A stretch of DNA of 51,619 bases from a virus. Lineage: Duplodnaviria; Caudoviricetes. The notes under the pieces were generated by a model that did not search any database, was not told the origin of the DNA, and saw only the letters and a program-made list of their open reading frames with translations. Both the position numbers and the translations under genes were made by a program. Shown here in pieces: positions 8,596 through 18,571 of this stretch (the stretch's first letter is position 1; every line of letters begins with the position of its first letter). The DNA lies in the IMG/VR virus record IMGVR_UViG_3300035397_000123, positions 1-51,619 of that record, one strand, 5' to 3'.

Positions 8596-9042
8596 ATGAA
8601 GTGGTTTAAGCACTGGTCAACATCCACATCAGACCCTGATTTAATGGAATCAGAGGTAAGATTCAAGGCGGCGGGGCCGTATGTTTTTTGGAGAACATTA
8701 GAGGTTTTATCAAAGGAAGATGCTACTGAAAATACCTTAAATATAAATTTTAAGGTTTTTAAAACATTTTTTCCATCAACTTCTGCGAATAAATTGAAAG
8801 AAATTTTAGAATATTTTGACAAAAAGTCGAGAATATTTGTAAATTATGAAGATGAAAATATTTTAATTTTCTGCAATAAACTCGCTGTATTATCAAGTGA
8901 TTACAATGCAAAAGTCAGAAGTTTGTCAGTAAAAAGTCAGGAGAGTGTCAGTAATTTATCCGTCTTAGAAGTAGAAGGAGATTTAGAAGGAGATTTAGAA
9001 GAAGAACACAATAGGAGAGGGATGCAAGGGAGAACCTACTAA
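8596..9042 (+). CDS. replication initiator N-terminal-domain protein (origin-binding type)
   Basis: GGAGG RBS; MKWFKH...DP.L.....G..VFWR.LE N-terminus, internal iteron-like repeats, EVEGDLEGDLEEE linker. Confidence 0.75.
   Translation: MKWFKHWSTSTSDPDLMESEVRFKAAGPYVFWRTLEVLSKEDATENTLNINFKVFKTFFPSTSANKLKEILEYFDKKSRIFVNYEDENILIFCNKLAVLSSDYNAKVRSLSVKSQESVSNLSVLEVEGDLEGDLEEEHNRRGMQGRTY
8914..8951 (+). repeat. iteron-like repeats, putative origin of replication
   Basis: GTCAG at 8914, 8925, 8936, 8947 (exact 11-bp period). Confidence 0.6.
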
Positions 9043-9133
9043 ATCTACGGTTCACACCTCTCAGTGAAAAACCAAAACCGCCTCCCCAAGGTTAGATACT
9101 TTGTGAGATTAAGACCAGACTCGGGACGGCATC

Positions 9134-9409
9134 TTAAATAGGCTTCACTCTTGGTTTATACATTTCATAAAAGTAGTTCGGATTTACTTGAATATTCTTA
9201 TCATCAATTCCCTTACAAGCAGCAATCCAATAAACATTGAACTTATGAAAAAGTTCAATATAAGATTTTTCATCTTCGTCTTCCATGAATAGAACTTTGA
9301 TAAAAGTTTTTTCAATGTCGATTAACTTATCAAGCTGTCTTGAAATTGACTTGAGTGAGAGATACTTGTTTTTAACGACCCTTTTCTGAGAGAACGGTAC
9401 GGGCTCCAT
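9134..9409 (-). CDS. hypothetical protein
   Basis: AGGAGG RBS; last gene of the late operon. Confidence 0.7.
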   Translation of the reverse strand: MEPVPFSQKRVVKNKYLSLKSISRQLDKLIDIEKTFIKVLFMEDEDEKSYIELFHKFNVYWIAACKGIDDKNIQVNPNYFYEMYKPRVKPI

Positions 9410-9421
9410 AAATTCCTCCTG

Positions 9422-9925
9422 TTATTTTGACACAGATAATATACCATGTGCGATACCAAGAGCAATAAGGTTTTGGTAGGAAGGCAATCTTAGTCTTTCA
9501 CACTCTTCCTTGTTAGAAAGAAATCCGGTTTCTACAAGAATAACAGGAAATTTAGTTTTGTTGAGAATAAGCAGGTCAGTACGAGGATCGGGATTCCGAG
9601 CTGGCCTTACCCCAACTTCCATAAGCGAGTCAGTAATAACCTCTGCAACCATTTTTCCGACACCAGAAGGATGGTATATGCAATGGAACCCAACCTTCGT
9701 TTTATCAGAAAAAGAGTCACAATGAACCTCAACTCCAAGTGATGACCCGAGAGAATGCTTTATTCTATCGTCAAAACTTCCATCCACATAGGCGCAGTCG
9801 ATTCCGCAGGCTCTCACCATCTCGTAAGTGGTCTTAGCGATCGAAGCGGTTATAGATGCCTCTATGGTGTTATTTTGGATTGCACCGGAATCTTTACCTG
9901 AGTGACCGGGGAATATTGTTATCAT
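9422..9925 (-). CDS. N-acetylmuramoyl-L-alanine amidase (Amidase_3) endolysin
   Basis: PGHSGKDSGA, IEA, EVHCDS, ILVETGFLSN zinc-amidase motifs. Confidence 0.92.
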   Translation of the reverse strand: MITIFPGHSGKDSGAIQNNTIEASITASIAKTTYEMVRACGIDCAYVDGSFDDRIKHSLGSSLGVEVHCDSFSDKTKVGFHCIYHPSGVGKMVAEVITDSLMEVGVRPARNPDPRTDLLILNKTKFPVILVETGFLSNKEECERLRLPSYQNLIALGIAHGILSVSK

Positions 9926-12900
9926 TATTCAATTTTCCTTGCGTAATGGGTTTTGGTATGCGTATCATTCCTGATGTATTGATGGGCTGTTAGGGCCAAA
10001 GCAGTGTCCCTTGATTCTGTTTTAATTTCTTCAATAAGTGCCTTATGCGCTTTCTGAAGTTGCAACTTTTCATTACCTGAAGATTTTTTTATTCTCTCCT
10101 CGACATTGGCCAATACTTCCTTTGTAAGATTATGCCGTCTGAGAATTTCCAATCTAACGGTATTTTGGTAGTCACTGAATAATTCGTTTGACATTCTGTA
10201 TTTTTGGGATTCGTAGGTAAATTCCTGGGAAGGCGAGTATTTAATCCCAGTCTCCTCAAATACAAAGTCACCACCTTTTTTACCTGTAAGAACCTCATCG
10301 CTGAATTTATCCGCAACTGCCATCGAGTACCGATATGCGTTTTTAACCGGCATGCCAGACAAAGGAGTCCCCGGCCATGACGCTGCAAGGTCAATAACAT
10401 TCACAAAAGTATCTGCAACTTTACGGTAATTTCCATCAGCCCAACCCTCAGGGATTGCAACTGCGTCTCTTACTGTCCTTCCCAAGTCTTCCATTATTCC
10501 ACTTAGAATGTTGTCAAAGTCGTTCTGAATTGTTTTTGTCATTTCAGGGCCGAAGGTTTTTTTAATATCTTCAGGGCTCTTTAGTTCTCCATCATCATTA
10601 AGAAAGATTCTTGTGATAAGACCAGTCATGGATGCAACATAAGTTCCACCGTAAATCGGTATTGCATACCTTGCGCTTCTTTCGATCCATGATCTTGCTT
10701 TGGTTTTTCTGTTGAAAATAAGGTCGGATAAATAATCAACAAGCACCATACCTCCTATCTGAGCAAAATAAGACCACAATAAAACACTAATTGCTTTTTT
10801 AAGGTATTTTTCCTTGTCTTCAGGAGTTTCGGCATTTTTATACAAGTGCCGTGTAACAACCCACTGGTTCCATATTCTGTTTGCATCGGAAGTGAAAACA
10901 GTCATAAGTCGTTCTGTAAGGCTTCTTCCACGGGCCGCCCTTGAACGATGGATTATATTATACATCGGCTGAGAACGGTGAGTTATTTTTTCTACATTGT
11001 CGATTATAAATTCATTCCGTGCTTCACCGGTAAGGCCAAGTTGGTCAGCTTTATCCACCACATACTTAGAAATTGCCCTAATAGGTATTCTATCTCCCCA
11101 GGCAATACCCTCTGTAAGCTTATCAGGAAGAGTCTTCTCAACTCCAAAAAACTCCCTCGCAGCAGTTTCATACGGCTTTCTACCGAGTTCCACCTGCGCA
11201 TATCCACCCTCTATTCTCGATCTAATATCCGATGAAAGTTTTTTGACTTCTTCAAGGGCGATATCACCCTTCTTGGAAATCTTTGTGGCAGATTGTAGTG
11301 AGTCAAGGAATGCGGATATCATCATGGGGATGTCGGTAATAGGTATTTCCGGGAAGGCTCTTGTGATCGAAAAAAACTGCCGTGCGATAATAATTGGGTT
11401 TGCACCGAATACTTTCGTGATACGAGCATTCATGATTTTTAGAGCAAAATTTTCAAGAGAACCAGTGGTTTTTGATTGAGGGCTCTTTATATCATTAATA
11501 GTTTTTTCAAGCTCAACAAAGAACTTATCAACACCCGCAGCTTTTGCTTTTGCTTTGAGGTGTATGTTTGTAAGAAATGAAGTTACTTGTCTGAATGGTA
11601 TCGCAAAAGAACTGTATGCCCCTGCAAGTGAAGTTGAATCGTAATAAGACTTTAACGCACCTTCAAGTATTACTGGATTTTTAGAGTACAACTCTCTCTC
11701 TTTAAGGCTTCCTGCCCATTCGACATTATACATCGACTCAAAATTTTGAATAAGACCATCAAGTGTAGTGTCCTGCCCGAGAACATCCCTTGTAACGCCT
11801 TTTCTTGCAAGTTTAAAGTAATTCTTCACCCTGGCAATATCTTTGTAAGCAATTTGATTGGATGCTGAATTAATCGCTGAATTATTTACAAAGTTGTTTT
11901 GGTAGAAAATAGCCTCAGCAACAGAGTTCATAACTGGGTCACTTGTAACTATGTCTGATATTCTAATAACATCATCCATTGAAAGTTTGTGCCGTGCTTT
12001 TGCTGATTGAGATTTTTCGTCAAAAGCCATTCCTTGCTCATAATCAAAATCAAAACCACTCTCGGTAATGGCTCCGAGGTTGTGAGGATTAAGACTGTGA
12101 AGATGGATGGCAATAAGGTGATCCGGCATCATCTTGACAGTTTCGCCATTTTCAAGTGTAATATTGGTTCCATGCTTCTCAAGAAATGCTTTTTGAGTCT
12201 TCCTGTTTTCAGCAAAAGCAAGCGACATTTTTGACAGGTCTTTTGAGCTCACCTTAGAAAGCATATAATCTCTTGCTGATTGCATAAATCCAAGGTATGA
12301 TTTTTCTGCCTTTAGGAGTTTATTAAATACCCACCCAAATCCTGCTTTTTGTTTTTGGTAGTCTGGGTTGTTTGAGAGAATTGTTGTGAGTGAGTCGGTA
12401 GTTAAAGACCCCACCCCGAGGTTATCCACAATAAACCCATCATGCAGGTCTTTCTCAGGCTTTCCCTTATTCTTTTCAAACCTTATATTAAGGCTTTCAC
12501 TTGCTGCTTGGATGTTATCATTCACCTCTTGGCGGAGTTTTAGCATTAATCCTGAAGCGTTAATGTCGTGCTCCATGATTGCATCGAGGATTTTAATTTC
12601 AATCTCTGCAAGTTCGTCCAAACCCATATCCCAAACACTGTTTTTAAGTGGTTGCATTTTGATTTTATACTCAGCAAGCATTCGCTCCATGTCTGGAGTA
12701 ATAAACTGAGTTGAATCCATGTAGCTGAGGAGGGCATTATAATCACTCTTTGCTTGCCATGCTTCAATACGGCTATAATCTGTAGTCTTCCTGAAGTATA
12801 ATTCCCCCAGGATATTCTTAATAGCTTCCTTTGCTCTTGAATTAACCTTAACACCTTCTACTGTTTTTGCCTTACTAAAAGCAAGTAATCTTGTAACTGC

Positions 12901-15900
12901 TTCTTTTTTCTGATTATCATAGGATATTTTATCAATCGTGTTTGATATTTTTTTCGTGAGACCATCAATGGCTTTTTCAGAGATTGGAGTGTAAGCCTTG
13001 ACCATCCCCCATATCTTTGTTTTCTGCTCAGAGTTAAGATTGTCGGCAGCACGAAGTTTAAGCCTTGTAAATTCCTTCAATGCTTTTTTGTTGGCTTCCT
13101 TAATAATTTCTTTCTTCTCGGATTGAAGTTGTTTTGTCGCAAGATCTTTTTCAAACTTCTGAGCTTCGATATTTCTTTTTGCCGCTTCCCGAAGAAGTAT
13201 TTCGGGGTCACTTGATCCGGCCAATGCAGAAAGAAGTTTAATTTGCTCGTTAATAGCAATATCTTCCTTCATGTGTTTTGTGGCCAAGTGCATATCCCTT
13301 TTGATTTCAGACTGAAGAAATTCAAATTCATCATCAGGGGAATACTCAAACACACCTTCAACATCTTCGTCTCCGCTTTTCCAAGCAGCTCCGAACTCGG
13401 AGACAGGGATTATATTCTTATTGTCGATGATGGTTAAAATAGCGTTTGAATCGGGTTTCTGAAGGATGGTTTCAAATTCCCTTCCCCCTCCAGGAAGTAC
13501 CACGATTGCCCCTGCGGTTTGAAGGTCTTGGTTTTTATCGAAAATCTGTCGGCTTATGCTTGCTCTGTCGAATAGTTCCATTGCGTAGAGTTGGACTACG
13601 GTATTGTCGGGACGGACAAAAGCTACATACCCATTTTCGTAAGACTGATTAATCTGAGATAGGACGGTCGAAACCTGTTGCCTTCCCTCTGGTGATATAA
13701 GGCTCTTTATTTTATCAACCTTTTCTCCATTTGAGAAATAGCTATGCAGGTTGTAGTCTTTTTGCTCCTGAGAGTATTGAACAAATTCCTGAGTAACTTC
13801 ACCATTATAATCTTTCCGAAGCATCATTGCGCCGGTGTGATTAAGAATTATTTCAGCTTGAACAATATCTGCTCCATCTAAAAATGATTCCTTATCCATG
13901 TCCGACGGCTTGGTATTACCAGACGGGTGATTGTGGACGGTATAAACCGTATCCGCACCCATCTGTCGTGCTTTTAAATCTACCTTACTCGCTCTATTTG
14001 GTACATTTACTCCCACTGGGGAGAATGATGTATTATGGGTGATTGCTATTATTTCACCGTCTTTTATAAACACATCCCATGCGTGTTCTATTTTGCCGTC
14101 CCGTAGAATAGTGAGGGCATCAACTGCGTCTTGAGCATTTCTGACTTTTGTACCAATGAGTGAGATTTGACCCCGAAGAAATTCATCTCGCACGGGACGG
14201 TCATCGCCTTTTGAGATTGTTTCCTCACGGAACTCTGCTTTGATTCTCTCAAACTCACTTTTCGACATTGTTTTATTTCCATAAGCAACCATCACCTCGC
14301 TTGGGCCACCTTCAATATCATCAACCTCAACAATTGCTGATCCGTAGTATTTTACAAACAGTTCTGCTTTTTCTTTGGATTTTTTAAGTTCGGATATTCT
14401 TGCGTCTATGTCTGCTTTTTTGTCAGAATTTGACATGAAACTAAGAATATCGTCTACAAAGAGTGAATCTCCGATATCTTTTCCAAGGAGTTCGTAATCC
14501 AAAGCACTATTTGTGGGGTCGGCCATAATCCCATCTGCCATTTTTTGAATCTTGATAGCAATCTCTCGACCTTGGCCTTCTGACTTTAGGCTGATTTCAA
14601 AATCCTTATGTTTTCCAGCATTAACAATTGCTTTACCCCAATTACTTTGCGGTGTTACACCGGCGACCTTATAAACATCTCTAATAAGTTTCTTGGTAGC
14701 TTCAAGAAGTCTTATTTTTTCAGATGAAGGATTCTGAATTTCATAGTTGATTTCTGCTGCATGGTCAGGATGAAGAATAATTTTATTTCCATCACAAACA
14801 ACCACCCCGTTATCAGTAAAATCGGATGGCTTTGTTGATTTTACCCATGAGTTTACTGTGTCAAGAAATTGTAATGCAGCAGGAGGTATGCGAACACCTT
14901 TAGGAGGCGGTGCTTTATCCCCGTAAGAGTTTCCCTTGGAATAATTAATCTCACTCTTTTTAACTCTTTTTTCATCAAAAACAGCAACCGACATATTTCC
15001 GTTTTCATTAATCGAAACAGCACTGTCGTATCCAAGTTTTTGCATTTCTGTTTTTATAAAATCAGAAAAGAATTTATCGAAAGAAGGAAAGTAATGAACA
15101 GGCTCAGATTCGTAGCTTTTTGCCTTCATAAATACTGCCCGCTTGTCACTATTAAGAGTTTTTGCAAAGGCAAGTTTTGCGTACGGCCACCAATGAAGCG
15201 CAAGATCAAAAAGATCATTTTCACCGTCAATCATGTACGGTCGTTTTATGTTAGTAATAGACACTACAACGGTGTCGCCATCGGAAAATTTGTCGGTGTT
15301 GTTAGATAGTGTAACACCCACAAATGGGACGGTTGAACCGTCGAATAATTCAGCATTATTGATTTCATCCGAAAGCACCTTGTCAGGCTTTGCTGTGTCG
15401 ATTTTAAGAGTTACAGTTGGCTTATCTAAGGATGGTTCTGACTCAGGTTGTACGGTTCCTTTAGAGCTAAATAAGTCTTCTTGAGCGAGTGTTAGTGTGG
15501 CCGCATCTTGGTTTAGCAGGGGAAGGTCTGATGTGTCTGCCTTCCCACCTTTGCGAGCTTTCTGACCTTGCTCGATAAGTATTTGCTCTTTTGTTTTTGC
15601 TTTAACGCCAAGGTCTAATGACCCGGTTTCTTTTGAGAATTTAGCCTCAGATTTAACAGCAGGAGGTTTTACAGGAGCGACTTCCCCTTCTTTTCCAGGT
15701 ACTCTCTCATTTTCAGTGTCGATATTTCCGACTCTTCTATTCCCTGGAACCTCTTCTTGTCCGACTCCGTTATCGGGAAGATTCCTTTTTTCTCCAGCCT
15801 TGCGAATCTTTTTTCGTAGCTCATTTTTCAACCCCTTTATTTTTGCAGTAGCCTCGGCATCAGAGATTTTCCCCGCCTCGTTATCTGCCATAATCTTATC

Positions 15901-18561
15901 GACTTCTGACAACCGCTGTAATTCGATGATATCTGATTGATTGACAATCTCACGCTTATTATTAATATCATACTTCAAATATCCTTCTTCGTCAACCTCT
16001 TTTTCAAGAAGCTCCATTAAATCATTCTTTTTGGACACTTCAAGTATTATATCTGCGTCTCCAGATTCGTCAAAATAGTTATTCCCGGGTGTAAGCGATG
16101 TCACTCCAAAGTCAAAACCAAGCCCGAGTGGGAAGTTTGCTTGCTTTGGATAAATCAATCTCCCAAGGTTGTTATCTCTTATAAACTGAGAATAAGAGTC
16201 TTTTGCGTTTTTCACGAATGAATTAAGATCAGGTACTGACATTTGAGATATTGTGGAAAATTCATCCCCTCCTTCTCGGTAAGACTGTGTTCCATTTTCA
16301 GCATCGTCTTTTTCTGATATAATTTTAGCAAATTTCTCAAAAACCACATTTGCAGCATCGTGACCTTTGACATAGGAGCCTTCACTTTTCCATAACGGTG
16401 GAAGGTCAGGATTCTTCTCTGTGAACTCTTTTGACCATGCTTCATCGTATTTTCTTCCACGAGAATCTTCTATTTCACCGGTAAAAAACTTATTTGCACC
16501 ACCAAGATTTCTGAAATCGTATTTAGCAATTGTTGCCGGAACATTGTTTTTTTGAAGCGTATTTAATGCGTAAATGGATTCTGCTTTTAACGGTAACTTT
16601 GTAGCCCCATCAAGAATAATACCAATAATTTCCTGCGGTATGTATTGCATAATCTTTCGTGTTGGCCTAAGCATGTCACCAATACTATCAGTAGCAGGTG
16701 TTTCGTTTGCTTTGAAGGTATCAATTAAAACCTTGTTTGTTTCGGCGTTCTGTTTGATATTTGCAGGAGCATCTTCCGGGACGGTAATAGCATCCTGAAT
16801 CTCTTCTTCAAGACTTGCGTTCGTTTCTGCCTCGACATTTGCAACAGTTTCAGTAGTTCCCATTTCGGGTACAACTTCGGTTTCCGTGGTTATATCGGTT
16901 GTAGCATCGGGAAGGACACCAGGTAAATCGGTTGATTCTTCAAAAGTTGGAGCCACTTCGGTAGTTGTGGGAAGGTCTGAATCGGGTAAAATGCCCGATT
17001 CTTCTGTTGCTCCAAGTTCCTTTGAGAGGTCTGATAGAATATCACCTTCCCGGTCAAGGGCTTCTTGATCCGCTTCCACAGCAGCATCTTGATCGGGTTC
17101 AAGGTTAGTAGGAACATCTACAAAGTCGTCTTGGTTGATTCCTGCTGCTTCTGGGATGGTATCAGTAGTAACTTCGGGGACTTCGGGGACGGCCTCAGTC
17201 GCCTCCACACCTTGAATAGCTACTTCGGTATCTACAGGGTCAACCCTCTTTGGCTCAAGATTAAGTTGTCCGAGTGAGTAGCTGAGTCTTTCTGCTTTAT
17301 TTTGAATGCCATTCCATATTTCATCATCAAAAACAAGGTTTGTTATTTCTTTTGCAGTTTTTGCGTCAACCTGATAATTATCGACAATGCTTTTTTGGAG
17401 CTTACTTCTCTCAGGTTTTTGAAGAACACCGCCAACAACTGCACCGCCACCTCCAAGCACTACGCCGACAAGCCCAGAATATGCGGCATCGGAATATGTT
17501 TCAGGATTTGTCATTGCTGCAATAGTTGATTCTACAGCGGTTTCATCGCCTTCCCCATACCACCTTTTTGTTATGGCATCAGGAAAGGCCTGAATAGCTT
17601 CTTCTACACCTTCTCCGATTGTTCCTGTAAGTATACCTTTTAATTTAGCACCGGCACCAACCATCCCTGCTGCTGAACCTACAAGTTTACCTCCAAGGTA
17701 CTCAAGCGGGGCTTGGACGGCCGCATTTGTAAGTGATGATGAAAGAAGTTTTTTATTGTCCGTTTCACGACCCTGTGCTTTGTCTTCTTTTTCTCCTGAT
17801 TCAATTGACCCTCCCGCAATAGATGACCCAAGAAGGGCTATACCGAATACTGGGTTTATTGCACTTGCTCCAACCGAAGCGGCAAGTGATGGAGCTCCAC
17901 CAACAACCGCTTGGCCAAACTGTCCAACAGGTGTTTCTGCTTGAGGGTATGAAACAGGCTTTAAATATTCAGAACCGGATATTGATTCAAGTTTTGATAT
18001 GTAGTTTTTAACATTGCCTATATCTGATTTTACTTTTTCAGCTTGTTTTGTGATTTTTTTAATCTGTTTGGCAGATTTTGCATCCTTAACACCTGATTGC
18101 AGTATTGATATCTGGTTGTTTAGATCGGAAAGCTCATACTCACGATCTTGAATCCATGCTTTTCTTTCAGTAGCCATTGTTACAATAGGGCCACGAATTA
18201 TCTGCCTTGTAGATTCAACTGCCGGGCCTACGACCTTCCCAAGTGTACCCTCTATAGGTATTGACCCCGAAGATTTCTCTATCGCATTGGAAATATCTTG
18301 GTTCCATTGGTCAGACCGTGTTTTTTTGGAAGCGGTGTCCAACGGGACGGCAGGATTCGGGAAGATATACCTGCTTTGGTCTCGTTCTCTTTGATTTGGG
18401 TCGTAAATAGGCTCCATTTTTTGGGTTTCAGTGGCCACCTCTTCCCATTCACTTTGATCTACTTCTTCCCACTCGTTTTGATTTATCGCTTCAGATGGTT
18501 GAGAAGGTACTTCTTCCCAATCATTTTGGTTGACTTCTTCCCACTCATCTTGATTTATCAT
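9925..18561 (-). CDS. large polyvalent (probably virion-ejected) protein with GGDEF, ART-like and JAB/RadC domains
   Basis: 2878 aa at the end of the ejection-protein cluster; YREGGDEF (aa 764-768 = GGDEF), HNHPSG..KPS..D (aa 1543), GYDSAV...VAVFDEKRVK. Confidence 0.85.
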   Translation of the reverse strand: MINQDEWEEVNQNDWEEVPSQPSEAINQNEWEEVDQSEWEEVATETQKMEPIYDPNQRERDQSRYIFPNPAVPLDTASKKTRSDQWNQDISNAIEKSSGSIPIEGTLGKVVGPAVESTRQIIRGPIVTMATERKAWIQDREYELSDLNNQISILQSGVKDAKSAKQIKKITKQAEKVKSDIGNVKNYISKLESISGSEYLKPVSYPQAETPVGQFGQAVVGGAPSLAASVGASAINPVFGIALLGSSIAGGSIESGEKEDKAQGRETDNKKLLSSSLTNAAVQAPLEYLGGKLVGSAAGMVGAGAKLKGILTGTIGEGVEEAIQAFPDAITKRWYGEGDETAVESTIAAMTNPETYSDAAYSGLVGVVLGGGGAVVGGVLQKPERSKLQKSIVDNYQVDAKTAKEITNLVFDDEIWNGIQNKAERLSYSLGQLNLEPKRVDPVDTEVAIQGVEATEAVPEVPEVTTDTIPEAAGINQDDFVDVPTNLEPDQDAAVEADQEALDREGDILSDLSKELGATEESGILPDSDLPTTTEVAPTFEESTDLPGVLPDATTDITTETEVVPEMGTTETVANVEAETNASLEEEIQDAITVPEDAPANIKQNAETNKVLIDTFKANETPATDSIGDMLRPTRKIMQYIPQEIIGIILDGATKLPLKAESIYALNTLQKNNVPATIAKYDFRNLGGANKFFTGEIEDSRGRKYDEAWSKEFTEKNPDLPPLWKSEGSYVKGHDAANVVFEKFAKIISEKDDAENGTQSYREGGDEFSTISQMSVPDLNSFVKNAKDSYSQFIRDNNLGRLIYPKQANFPLGLGFDFGVTSLTPGNNYFDESGDADIILEVSKKNDLMELLEKEVDEEGYLKYDINNKREIVNQSDIIELQRLSEVDKIMADNEAGKISDAEATAKIKGLKNELRKKIRKAGEKRNLPDNGVGQEEVPGNRRVGNIDTENERVPGKEGEVAPVKPPAVKSEAKFSKETGSLDLGVKAKTKEQILIEQGQKARKGGKADTSDLPLLNQDAATLTLAQEDLFSSKGTVQPESEPSLDKPTVTLKIDTAKPDKVLSDEINNAELFDGSTVPFVGVTLSNNTDKFSDGDTVVVSITNIKRPYMIDGENDLFDLALHWWPYAKLAFAKTLNSDKRAVFMKAKSYESEPVHYFPSFDKFFSDFIKTEMQKLGYDSAVSINENGNMSVAVFDEKRVKKSEINYSKGNSYGDKAPPPKGVRIPPAALQFLDTVNSWVKSTKPSDFTDNGVVVCDGNKIILHPDHAAEINYEIQNPSSEKIRLLEATKKLIRDVYKVAGVTPQSNWGKAIVNAGKHKDFEISLKSEGQGREIAIKIQKMADGIMADPTNSALDYELLGKDIGDSLFVDDILSFMSNSDKKADIDARISELKKSKEKAELFVKYYGSAIVEVDDIEGGPSEVMVAYGNKTMSKSEFERIKAEFREETISKGDDRPVRDEFLRGQISLIGTKVRNAQDAVDALTILRDGKIEHAWDVFIKDGEIIAITHNTSFSPVGVNVPNRASKVDLKARQMGADTVYTVHNHPSGNTKPSDMDKESFLDGADIVQAEIILNHTGAMMLRKDYNGEVTQEFVQYSQEQKDYNLHSYFSNGEKVDKIKSLISPEGRQQVSTVLSQINQSYENGYVAFVRPDNTVVQLYAMELFDRASISRQIFDKNQDLQTAGAIVVLPGGGREFETILQKPDSNAILTIIDNKNIIPVSEFGAAWKSGDEDVEGVFEYSPDDEFEFLQSEIKRDMHLATKHMKEDIAINEQIKLLSALAGSSDPEILLREAAKRNIEAQKFEKDLATKQLQSEKKEIIKEANKKALKEFTRLKLRAADNLNSEQKTKIWGMVKAYTPISEKAIDGLTKKISNTIDKISYDNQKKEAVTRLLAFSKAKTVEGVKVNSRAKEAIKNILGELYFRKTTDYSRIEAWQAKSDYNALLSYMDSTQFITPDMERMLAEYKIKMQPLKNSVWDMGLDELAEIEIKILDAIMEHDINASGLMLKLRQEVNDNIQAASESLNIRFEKNKGKPEKDLHDGFIVDNLGVGSLTTDSLTTILSNNPDYQKQKAGFGWVFNKLLKAEKSYLGFMQSARDYMLSKVSSKDLSKMSLAFAENRKTQKAFLEKHGTNITLENGETVKMMPDHLIAIHLHSLNPHNLGAITESGFDFDYEQGMAFDEKSQSAKARHKLSMDDVIRISDIVTSDPVMNSVAEAIFYQNNFVNNSAINSASNQIAYKDIARVKNYFKLARKGVTRDVLGQDTTLDGLIQNFESMYNVEWAGSLKERELYSKNPVILEGALKSYYDSTSLAGAYSSFAIPFRQVTSFLTNIHLKAKAKAAGVDKFFVELEKTINDIKSPQSKTTGSLENFALKIMNARITKVFGANPIIIARQFFSITRAFPEIPITDIPMMISAFLDSLQSATKISKKGDIALEEVKKLSSDIRSRIEGGYAQVELGRKPYETAAREFFGVEKTLPDKLTEGIAWGDRIPIRAISKYVVDKADQLGLTGEARNEFIIDNVEKITHRSQPMYNIIHRSRAARGRSLTERLMTVFTSDANRIWNQWVVTRHLYKNAETPEDKEKYLKKAISVLLWSYFAQIGGMVLVDYLSDLIFNRKTKARSWIERSARYAIPIYGGTYVASMTGLITRIFLNDDGELKSPEDIKKTFGPEMTKTIQNDFDNILSGIMEDLGRTVRDAVAIPEGWADGNYRKVADTFVNVIDLAASWPGTPLSGMPVKNAYRYSMAVADKFSDEVLTGKKGGDFVFEETGIKYSPSQEFTYESQKYRMSNELFSDYQNTVRLEILRRHNLTKEVLANVEERIKKSSGNEKLQLQKAHKALIEEIKTESRDTALALTAHQYIRNDTHTKTHYARKIE

Positions 18562-18571
18562 AAAACCCTCT

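Noticed and set aside
9925-18561. N4-like virion RNA polymerase interpretation of the giant ORF
   Set aside because: No DxxGR/RxxxKxxxMxxxYG or DxDGD polymerase motifs seen; the recognisable domains fit a polyvalent protein.
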